This document shows positions 26,353 through 32,934 of a DNA stretch of 32,934 bases, one piece after another; within the stretch, counting starts at the first letter, position 1; each line of letters starts with the position of its first letter. The position numbers and the translations under genes are program-made. Source of the stretch: Bdellovibrionota bacterium. GTDB taxonomy: Bacteria > Bdellovibrionota_C > UBA2361 > JBGSMV01. The notes beneath the pieces were generated by a model. It did no database searches, was not told the origin of the DNA, and saw nothing but the letters and a program-made list of their open reading frames with translations. The DNA lies in NCBI GenBank assembly GCA_044356455.1, contig JBIKWF010000042.1, forward strand, positions 1 to 32,934. Reading direction: 5' to 3'.

Positions 26353-27636
26353 ATGCGCGAGAAAGTAACCATCGTTTTAAATGAGAGGGAGCCGAATAAG
26401 GCCCGTGCTGCAGAAGCACTTCAGAAATCACTCTCTGAAATAGGCGTGGTGTCTTCGCGGCTCCCGATTGGAGAATCTATTGAGAAGGTAGTTCTCCACC
26501 GAGCGCCCTACGTGCTCGTTCTAGACTATCTCCTTGGCGACTACAGCACGGGTCTCGACGTACTGAACAGCGTGAAGCGTCTTGCCGAGGAGGAGCGCCC
26601 CGAGGTCTTCTTTCTCACTGATGAACCGAGTGTTCCCGTAGCGATTGAGGCGATGCGCCTCGGTTGCAGAAATTATTTTGAACTTGAGCATCCCCAATCA
26701 ATTCAGAAACTCACCCGCTCGATTCAAGAGACCCTGAGCGCCACGCAGCACCGGGAGCGCAAAGCAGGGCCTCTTTTGCCCGAGCGAGAGGAACTCGATG
26801 ATCTTATCGCAGAATCTAAGAGAAGCCGCAGTGTCCACGACCAGACTAACGTCTTCGCACAGGAGAAAATTTCTGCCCTTATCATTACGGGGCCTGAAGG
26901 ATGTGGGAAAAGAACCCTCGCGCGCGCCTTCTCGCGCCTGAGAGACAGCAACAGTTTCCTTCGCACCGTGGATTTAAGAACCTGCACTGATTCCGCGGAA
27001 CGCGTACTTGGCATAGGCGGCAAGTCCTCTGGCCCACGGCTCGGAGAGAATCTTGGACTCACCATTCTTCACGCAGAAGAAGATGACGGCGAATTCCTCG
27101 ATACACTTTCAGGATTCCCTCTCTCCTCTCACTCCCCTGAATCATTCTTGGTAGCCTGCGTTTCAAACGACTCTGCCTTGGCTGCCTGGCAGAGGGCCCT
27201 GCCTCAGGCGCGAACGATAGAGATTCCCCCGCTAGAGGAACGAGCAGACGACATCCCTGCCCTCGTGCAGCGCTTTATCTTGGATGCCCACACGCTGACG
27301 GGAGAAAAAACCAAACCCTTTGACTCTGAAATCCTGGGCTGGATGAGCACCTTGTTATGGAAAGGAAATATTGCACAGCTTCGAGCGACTAGCATTGAAA
27401 GCGCCATTCGCAGCACGAGCGACAAAACACTGAGCGTGCGGGACGTCATTACTGAGCAGCGCGAGCGTTGGGAGGCCGAAAGAGCGCTCGGGCCTCGCCT
27501 CGAGCCAGAATCAGCCCTCACCTACGCTCAAGCGTTGTCTCTCTGTGGCCACCATTACCGCGCCGCGGCAGCTCTACTCGGGTGCTCCACACGTTCCCTT
27601 TTGCGACTGGTGACACAGAAGGGAGGGAATATCTAA
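26353..27636 (+). CDS. degenerate NtrC-like regulator (REC, sigma54-type AAA+ remnant, Fis-type HTH)
   Basis: LVLDYLLG..GLD receiver; Walker A GPEGCGK; IEIPPLEERADDIPALV and WKGNIAQL retained; no GAFTGA and no Walker B DE; AAAALLGCSTRSL HTH. Confidence 0.8.
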   Translation: MREKVTIVLNEREPNKARAAEALQKSLSEIGVVSSRLPIGESIEKVVLHRAPYVLVLDYLLGDYSTGLDVLNSVKRLAEEERPEVFFLTDEPSVPVAIEAMRLGCRNYFELEHPQSIQKLTRSIQETLSATQHRERKAGPLLPEREELDDLIAESKRSRSVHDQTNVFAQEKISALIITGPEGCGKRTLARAFSRLRDSNSFLRTVDLRTCTDSAERVLGIGGKSSGPRLGENLGLTILHAEEDDGEFLDTLSGFPLSSHSPESFLVACVSNDSALAAWQRALPQARTIEIPPLEERADDIPALVQRFILDAHTLTGEKTKPFDSEILGWMSTLLWKGNIAQLRATSIESAIRSTSDKTLSVRDVITEQRERWEAERALGPRLEPESALTYAQALSLCGHHYRAAAALLGCSTRSLLRLVTQKGGNI

Positions 27637-29201
27637 TGGACTCAGCTTCATCATCGCCACCAGCAGTTGTTGGCATTTACGGTTCTATTGATTTCTCGCG
27701 TCGCGTGAGCGCGGCTATCACTGCCGCAGACCCTTCCGTGCGCTGTATGCCTGCCCTCCTCGCCGAAGCTTGGAGCAACATCCTCACGAATCGGCCAAGC
27801 ATTGTGGTGTTTGAGCTCGGGCTTGCGTACTCAGACCGTTCTCACGTCTCCCTTCGCAGCTTATTAGGCGAGTTACGTGCGCGCTTTGGAACTTCAATTT
27901 ATACGATTGCAGCCCTCACAGACCCGCAGAAATTATTTTTTGGAGGCGACCTGCTCTACGGGCTCGAGCGTGAGTTCACTCCGTCCCTCTGGATAGACTC
28001 ATTCATTGCAAGTCCCCCAAGTATTATGGGAACAGTCCCTTCTGTATTTGAACAGGCGGTGCATGCGGTACGCCTGGCAGCGGGGGAAATGCTCAGGCGA
28101 GAGAACGGCAGCATCCCGCTGCCCCCGTTAGGCGCACCCGGCTGGGCCCAATCACTTGCCGCCCCTAAAAGCCGCGAGCTGTGGATGCGCTGGCTTCCAC
28201 GCTACGCGAGTTACACCAATGAAAATCCAATCATCATTGGGCAAACCGGAACAGGTAAGACCAACCTTGCGTACGCCCTGCACCTCCTTTCTGGCCGCAA
28301 GGGTCAGTTTATTAGTATCACTCCTCGGGATTTCTCGAGCTCAGAACTCGTACAAGCCGAGCTCTTTGGTGCCGTAGCGGGCGCCTATACGGGAGCGGTC
28401 GACAAATGGGGGCTCGTTAAAAGCGCCGAGAAAGGAACGCTTTTCATCGATGAACTACAAAGTATCGATAAGGATCTTCAGGGCAAGCTCATTACTTTTA
28501 TTGAGAACAAGGCCTACCGCCGGGTAGGTAGCGCGGAGAGCACCGCCGCAGACGTGCGCTTCGTCTTCGCGTCGAATCGCGAGCTCTACGACATGATGGA
28601 CAGCGATATCCTGAGACACGACTTTGCCTATCGTCTGGAACGTGTACAACTGGACCTCCTGCCCCTGCAGCAACGTCGGCTTGATATCGCCGCCGCGCTT
28701 GCCCACGCACTCGCAAAAGTCCGCCGTCAAAGACCGAGCGCGCTGCAAGTGTTCGGCTTGAATCAAACTGCTTATCGCCTGCTTTTTAGTCACGGGTGGC
28801 CTGGGAACCTGCGCCAACTTGAGAACACCGTCGCGCAATTATGTGAACTTTCCGATCTGGAAGGTGCGTCCATCGTGACTGAAGAGATGGTTGCTGCCGT
28901 ATTTGAGCACCGTTCTCGCGGTCTGTCTCTCACGGTCTCTGACGTGGTGTCTCAAGCCGCGGCAGAACTCTCACGCCAAGCACTTCACGGCGAAGCGGCA
29001 AGTGTAGAGGCGAGCCTTGACAGTTTCATCGAGCTCATTCGCACGGGGGCCGTTGAAGCCTGCGGCGGAGACATTTCGAAGGCCTCAAATTTATTGGGCG
29101 AGGATAAGAAGCTTTTGGAACTCATGAATCATTCACAGGCCGCAAAACGCGAGCTGCTCCTCAGGCGCATCGCTCCTAAAAACAGCAAGGGGGCGGCATG
29201 A
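27636..29201 (+). CDS. sigma54-dependent enhancer-binding protein
   Basis: Start reassigned to ATG 27636 (TAATG overlap, GGGAGG RBS); GQTGTGKT, AELFG..GAYTGA, GTLFIDE, DVRFVFASNR, DFAYRL, WPGNLRQLEN; C-terminal GGDISKASNLLG HTH. Confidence 0.92.
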   Translation: MDSASSSPPAVVGIYGSIDFSRRVSAAITAADPSVRCMPALLAEAWSNILTNRPSIVVFELGLAYSDRSHVSLRSLLGELRARFGTSIYTIAALTDPQKLFFGGDLLYGLEREFTPSLWIDSFIASPPSIMGTVPSVFEQAVHAVRLAAGEMLRRENGSIPLPPLGAPGWAQSLAAPKSRELWMRWLPRYASYTNENPIIIGQTGTGKTNLAYALHLLSGRKGQFISITPRDFSSSELVQAELFGAVAGAYTGAVDKWGLVKSAEKGTLFIDELQSIDKDLQGKLITFIENKAYRRVGSAESTAADVRFVFASNRELYDMMDSDILRHDFAYRLERVQLDLLPLQQRRLDIAAALAHALAKVRRQRPSALQVFGLNQTAYRLLFSHGWPGNLRQLENTVAQLCELSDLEGASIVTEEMVAAVFEHRSRGLSLTVSDVVSQAAAELSRQALHGEAASVEASLDSFIELIRTGAVEACGGDISKASNLLGEDKKLLELMNHSQAAKRELLLRRIAPKNSKGAA

Positions 29202-29488
29202 GAACTATATCACTTGCCCAGTTCCAATCTCTCTCAGGCCTTTCCGATGCTGCACTTTGTGCTCTTCTGCGCAAGAATCAGCTTCCGTGTTCCTACGATA
29301 GTGAAAACGGGATTATGATTGACGTGAGCTCCGTTGAAATACAGGAGCTAGTGCAGGCACTCGCCGAGCGGGTCGCCGCCCCTTCCCCGGCAATTCAAGA
29401 AATAATAAATGAACGCGTAGGCGGCATTATTGCCGATGCTTTCGAACGTGTGCGCAAGGAGGCCTTCGAGAGGCTGCAGCAAAAGTAG
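29198..29488 (+). CDS. small hypothetical protein, possible MerR/excisionase-like HTH
   Basis: ATGA overlap with the upstream activator; ISLAQFQSLSGLSDAALCALLRKNQLP resembles a winged-HTH pattern. Confidence 0.6.
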   Translation: MRTISLAQFQSLSGLSDAALCALLRKNQLPCSYDSENGIMIDVSSVEIQELVQALAERVAAPSPAIQEIINERVGGIIADAFERVRKEAFERLQQK

Positions 29489-29631
29489 CGCGGAGAGCCG
29501 AAACATCTGCCCTGTACTCGCTGGGCTCTTTGTGCAATTGATTGAAGAACTTTACAGAAAGTGCGGCGAGACTGGCGAGTGAGCTCCTTTCGGGTTCCCT
29601 TCTCAAAGCACCTCGGTAGGCAATAACGCAC

Positions 29632-30240
29632 ATGGTGAAGATTAATCGCATATACACCCGCACAGGAGACGATGGCAGCACAGGTCTCGTGGGCGGAGAT
29701 CGCGTGCCAAAGGATTCCCTCAGGGTCGAGGCCTACGGAGAAGTTGATGAATTGAACGCTGCCTTAGGCATCGCACGCACGTGTGCCGAGAAAGCGCTTA
29801 AGAACCAACAAGCCGATAAGCCGTGCGCTAAGGGCGCCCAGCTTCTTGAACAGATTGCGCTCTTGCAGAATGAGCTCTTTGATCTAGGAGCTGAACTCGC
29901 CACTCCTCCCGGTAAAGAATGGCCTACCATGGTCACAATATCAGCCTCCCAGATTGAAAGACTCGAACATTGGATTGATGATCACACGAAAGACATTCCT
30001 GAACTGCGGTCTTTTGTGCTCCCCGGAGGAACCGATCTTAATGCTTCCTTACATCTTGCGCGCACCATCTGCCGACGAGCAGAGCGGAGAGTCCTTACCC
30101 TTTCCAGGCATGAGAAAGTTTCTGCGCTTGCTCTTGCGTACCTTAACCGCTTGAGCGATCTGCTCTTTGCCATGGCGCGTGCTGAATCGCACCGAACGGG
30201 AGCTTCAGAGTACCTTTGGGAACCGGGACGCAAGGGCTAA
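29632..30240 (+). CDS. pduO: PduO-type ATP:cob(I)alamin adenosyltransferase
   Basis: RIYTRTGDDGSTGL, AYGEVDELN, QNELFDLGAELATP, FVLPGG, ARTICRRAER, YLNRLSDLLF. Confidence 0.95.
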   Translation: MVKINRIYTRTGDDGSTGLVGGDRVPKDSLRVEAYGEVDELNAALGIARTCAEKALKNQQADKPCAKGAQLLEQIALLQNELFDLGAELATPPGKEWPTMVTISASQIERLEHWIDDHTKDIPELRSFVLPGGTDLNASLHLARTICRRAERRVLTLSRHEKVSALALAYLNRLSDLLFAMARAESHRTGASEYLWEPGRKG

Positions 30241-30270
30241 GGCGATCCCAATGGAATGCAAGGATCAACT

Positions 30271-30855
30271 ATGTCTTCTCGCCACGCTTTCCCTTCCGCC
30301 CCCTCCTCCTCTCCAAAGCCCCTCTGGCGGAGTATTCTTCTCGTCGTTAGCGTAGCAGTTTTTGCGCTATTCTGGGCATTCTTTTGCTACGCACTTGTCA
30401 GCTTTAAAGCCTACAAAATCCCCTCCCAGAGCATGGCACCGACTCTCATCAAGGGGGATCACATCATGGTTAAGCGCCGAGACCCCATCGAACGTGGTGC
30501 CGTCATGGTCTTTAAGGATCTTGCTACTTCTTCTGGGGAAGGAACCGCCGATGTCGTAAAGCGGGTGGTCGCAGTTAGTGGGGATTTAGTTGCAGTTCGC
30601 AGCGGTCATGTCATCCTCAACGGCGCCGCTATCAACGAACCATATCTTGATTACGAAACGGAAACTGGAATCGACTTTGGCCCTGTCACCGTCCCTCGCG
30701 AAGCTGTTTTTATCCTTGGTGACAACCGCGGACACTCATTCGACTCGCGCTACTATGAGGTGCCCTTTGTCCCCACAAGCGCCGCATTGGGAAAAGTCCT
30801 CTTCGTCTATTTTTCAGCACACGACACGGGAAGAATCGGGCTACAAGTTCGCTAA
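30271..30855 (+). CDS. lepB: signal peptidase I
   Basis: Single TM, IPSQSMAPTL (catalytic Ser), VKRV (catalytic Lys), GDNRGHSFDSR; ATG 30271 has an AAGGA RBS (alternative start 30256). Confidence 0.93.
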   Translation: MSSRHAFPSAPSSSPKPLWRSILLVVSVAVFALFWAFFCYALVSFKAYKIPSQSMAPTLIKGDHIMVKRRDPIERGAVMVFKDLATSSGEGTADVVKRVVAVSGDLVAVRSGHVILNGAAINEPYLDYETETGIDFGPVTVPREAVFILGDNRGHSFDSRYYEVPFVPTSAALGKVLFVYFSAHDTGRIGLQVR

Positions 30856-31002
30856 GGAGTCTTTGAAGAACTCCCGCTCCAGGTACTCTGCGCACCCGGC
30901 TCTGCGTTACTTGAAGACTGATGAATAACGCGGAGACAGGGAGACCGCGGAGAGGAGATAGAATCGATAGTATTTTGATACTCTTGCCCGTACTCCAAAG
31001 AC

Positions 31003-31049
31003 GAAAAATGCTCTAAAGAGCGGCGCTAAAGCGTCCGCTCGATAGAGCA
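31003..31049 (-). terminator. intrinsic terminator for the RTX-repeat gene
   Basis: Interrupted stem TGCTCTA..GAGCGG-CGCT-AA-AGCG-T-CCGCTC..TAGAGCA (31009-31049) followed by TTTTTC on the minus strand; lies between convergent genes. Confidence 0.6.
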
Positions 31050-31064
31050 AGTAGGTGCATTGGG

Positions 31065-32210
31065 TTAGGATGCAAGTAAGCATCCCTGCTCAATTTCGCC
31101 GCTCTGGCAGGAATTCATCCCCTCTCCTCCTTCGAGAGTGTCCTGTCCCGCGCTACCGATAAGAGTATCGTCGCCCTCGCCGCCGCGAAGAACATCGTCT
31201 GACTCCCCGCCGACGATGCGATCATCTCCGCTTCGCCCTACGAGAAGGTCATTCCCAATGCCGCCGAAGAGCTGATCATTTCCGACGCCCCCGTCGAGCT
31301 CGTCCTTACCTCGAGCTCCGCGCAGCTCGTCGTTTCCGTCTCCGCCGATGAGAACATCGTCTCCAAGACCTCCGGCAAGCAAGTCATCGCCTGCTGCGCC
31401 AAGAAGCACATCATCATCGCCCTTTCCGAAGAGCGCATCGTTTCCCTCTGCGCCATCGAGCGTATCTTTTCCTTCGCCTCCCTCAAGATAATCATCGCCC
31501 GCGGCACCAGTGATAACGTCGTCTCCCATTCCTCCGAAGATCTCATCCTTGCCACTTCCACCGATCAGACGATCGGCTCCGAAGAAGCCGTATATCTTGG
31601 ACGGAATTGCGACGGGTAGATCTCGGAGGTCCACCAAATCATTTCCACCCCCTAAGCGTAGATAGAGCCCGCGGAGAGCGGCAAAATTTATGGCAATGCC
31701 CTTCTTGCTATAACCATTCAGCAGAAGACCGCCTTGCACCCCTATCACTGAGTTTGCGCTTGCCGTCGCCCCATAGATCGTCAGGCTATCGTCAGCTGCC
31801 TCAGTTAGATTGACCTGGATATCCTTCGTGGACGAAAGCTGAACCACGCTGACATGATCTTCCCCAAGGCCCGAGGTTATTTGAACTACCTCCAACTTGG
31901 GAAAGTAGCCTGAAGTTTTGAGGGACGGCTCTTTGGGGAGCCTTCGTAAAATTCTGCCAATCGTAATAAGCTGGCTTGTGTCTGCGCCGGCCATTCGGAT
32001 TTCCCGAACTTTCTTACAGGACACTTTCGAAACTTCCGTGCTTTTCGCTCCGACAAGGTAAATTCTGCCCTTGGCGCACGTAACAGCCAGAGTCCTGGCG
32101 GACGAATCCACCGTGAGAACTCCATCTGCGAAAGAAGCGGCTGCCTGAGCCGAATTGCAACCCATCCCTAAAACCAGCGCTAGCGCTGCGACCAATGATT
32201 GAACCTTCAT
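31065..32210 (-). CDS. exported hemolysin-type (RTX) calcium-binding repeat protein
   Basis: N-terminal signal peptide; 17-18 consecutive GGxGxDxLx nonapeptides; GGAGG RBS. Confidence 0.88.
   Translation of the reverse strand: MKVQSLVAALALVLGMGCNSAQAAASFADGVLTVDSSARTLAVTCAKGRIYLVGAKSTEVSKVSCKKVREIRMAGADTSQLITIGRILRRLPKEPSLKTSGYFPKLEVVQITSGLGEDHVSVVQLSSTKDIQVNLTEAADDSLTIYGATASANSVIGVQGGLLLNGYSKKGIAINFAALRGLYLRLGGGNDLVDLRDLPVAIPSKIYGFFGADRLIGGSGKDEIFGGMGDDVITGAAGDDYLEGGEGKDTLDGAEGNDALFGKGDDDVLLGAAGDDLLAGGLGDDVLIGGDGNDELRGARGKDELDGGVGNDQLFGGIGNDLLVGRSGDDRIVGGESDDVLRGGEGDDTLIGSAGQDTLEGGEGMNSCQSGEIEQGCLLAS
31104..31589 (-). repeat. 27-bp-period RTX nonapeptide repeat array
   Basis: GFFGADRLI through GGEGMNSCQ, 18 units with the last one degenerate. 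Confidence 0.85.
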
Positions 32211-32240
32211 ACACCTCCCAAAAGTATAACGACTAAACGC

Positions 32241-32259
32241 TATGTGAATTAATCACATA
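32241..32259. promoter_or_regulatory. palindromic operator 1
   Basis: TATGTGA-ATTAA-TCACATA, 30 nt upstream of the RTX gene start. Confidence 0.6.
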
Positions 32260-32370
32260 ATTTACATAAACCTATATGCCTCTTTTTCCAATAGCCGTAG
32301 CATAACAATATTAAACATGAAGAATTCAATAGCTTATAGAAATCGACGAATATATAATTCTTGATGTATA

Positions 32371-32387
32371 ATGTGATTTGATTACAT
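32371..32387. promoter_or_regulatory. palindromic operator 2
   Basis: ATGTGA-TTTGA-TTACAT, same half-sites and spacer as operator 1, 9 nt upstream of ATG 32397. Confidence 0.55.
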
Positions 32388-32396
32388 ATTGAACTT

Positions 32397-32934
32397 ATGG
32401 CAATCGCACGTCCGCTCATTTTAACCTGCCTTGGGCTTCTCCTTCGCCCCGTGGCACGGTTTTGCGTGCGCCATTCGATTCGCCTTCCTGACCTGATTGA
32501 GCTTTGTAAACACACGCTGGTTGAAGCAGCGTTTGACGAGCTGCGCCGAGGTTCCCCCAGAGTTAACGGGACTCGCGTCAGTCTTATGACAGGAGTGCAC
32601 CGCAGGGACGTGCAGCGCATCGAACTTAAAGAGCCTCCGCCAGTTTCTCAGGCTGATTTTATCATGCGTGTTACGGGGCAGTGGCAAACCGACGCACGCT
32701 TTGTTACCGCAGAAGGAAGCCCTCGAGTGTTGACGCATGGCGGAGAAAAACAAGAATTCGAGAGCCTCGTGAAGTCGGTCTCTAAAGAAATTAACCCTTC
32801 TACGGTACTGGCAGAGCTGGAGCGCGTGGGAGCCATTGAGAGGTCTTCGCGTGGAATTAAACTGGTCCACCAGTCGTATGTGCCAGAGGGCGATCCAGAA
32901 AGTGGATTCAAGATTGTCTCTCGCGACATTACCG
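32397..32934 (+). CDS. DUF6502-like protein (probable DNA-binding), truncated by the window end; absent from the ORF track
   Basis: Manual translation MAIARPLILTCLGLLLRPVARFCVRHSI...RVSLMTGVHRRDVQRI...RVTGQWQTDARF...PRVL...FESLVKSVSKEINPSTVLAELERVG, open to the window end; family recognised from memory of its motif pattern. Confidence 0.7.
   Translation, partial: MAIARPLILTCLGLLLRPVARFCVRHSIRLPDLIELCKHTLVEAAFDELRRGSPRVNGTRVSLMTGVHRRDVQRIELKEPPPVSQADFIMRVTGQWQTDARFVTAEGSPRVLTHGGEKQEFESLVKSVSKEINPSTVLAELERVGAIERSSRGIKLVHQSYVPEGDPESGFKIVSRDIT

Noticed and set aside
27468..27635. N-terminal extension of the 577-aa ORF in the track
   Set aside because: It overlaps the upstream gene by 169 nt; ATG 27636 has an RBS and a TAATG coupling, so it is the better start.
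29489..29631. Possible cobalamin riboswitch upstream of pduO
   Set aside because: No recognisable GGGAA or B12-box conserved elements.
29632..30855. pduO and lepB as parts of the Tad/SctV system
   Set aside because: They are ordinary housekeeping genes, and LepB is not a prepilin peptidase.
32249..32929. Minus-strand ORFs of 123, 149 and 93 aa
   Set aside because: They are shadows of the plus-strand DUF6502-like frame starting at 32397.

Overview
Bacterial DNA of moderate GC content; the gene content suggests a delta-proteobacterial, Bdellovibrionota- or Myxococcota-like lineage (inference only). About 26 kb (26229 to 137) is co-oriented on the minus strand, in this order: REC-zinc-ribbon regulator, degenerate hybrid histidine kinase, hypothetical protein, PP2C phosphatase, FHA protein, Ser/Thr kinase, a partial Tad/Flp pilus locus (cpaE, flp, cpaB, tadA, tadB, tadC), an orphan type III export-gate gene (SctV/FlhA family), a membrane pseudokinase with a large helical ectodomain, a CxxS TlpA-like lipoprotein and a 2020-aa metzincin-FN3-Ig surface protein. 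Divergent from this block are a translationally coupled pair of sigma54 enhancer-binding-like proteins (one degenerate, one intact), a small HTH-like protein, pduO and lepB. An RTX-repeat protein and a truncated DUF6502-like gene follow, sharing an AT-rich promoter with two palindromic operators. Non-coding features include a sigma54-type promoter upstream of flp, stacked hairpins after flp and a 137-bp MITE-like element. The main candidate novelty is a Tad pilus plus SctV export gate embedded in a Ser/Thr phosphorylation module. No secretin, tadD/E/G, prepilin peptidase or other T3SS/flagellar genes occur in the window. All calls come from motif reading; no searches were run.
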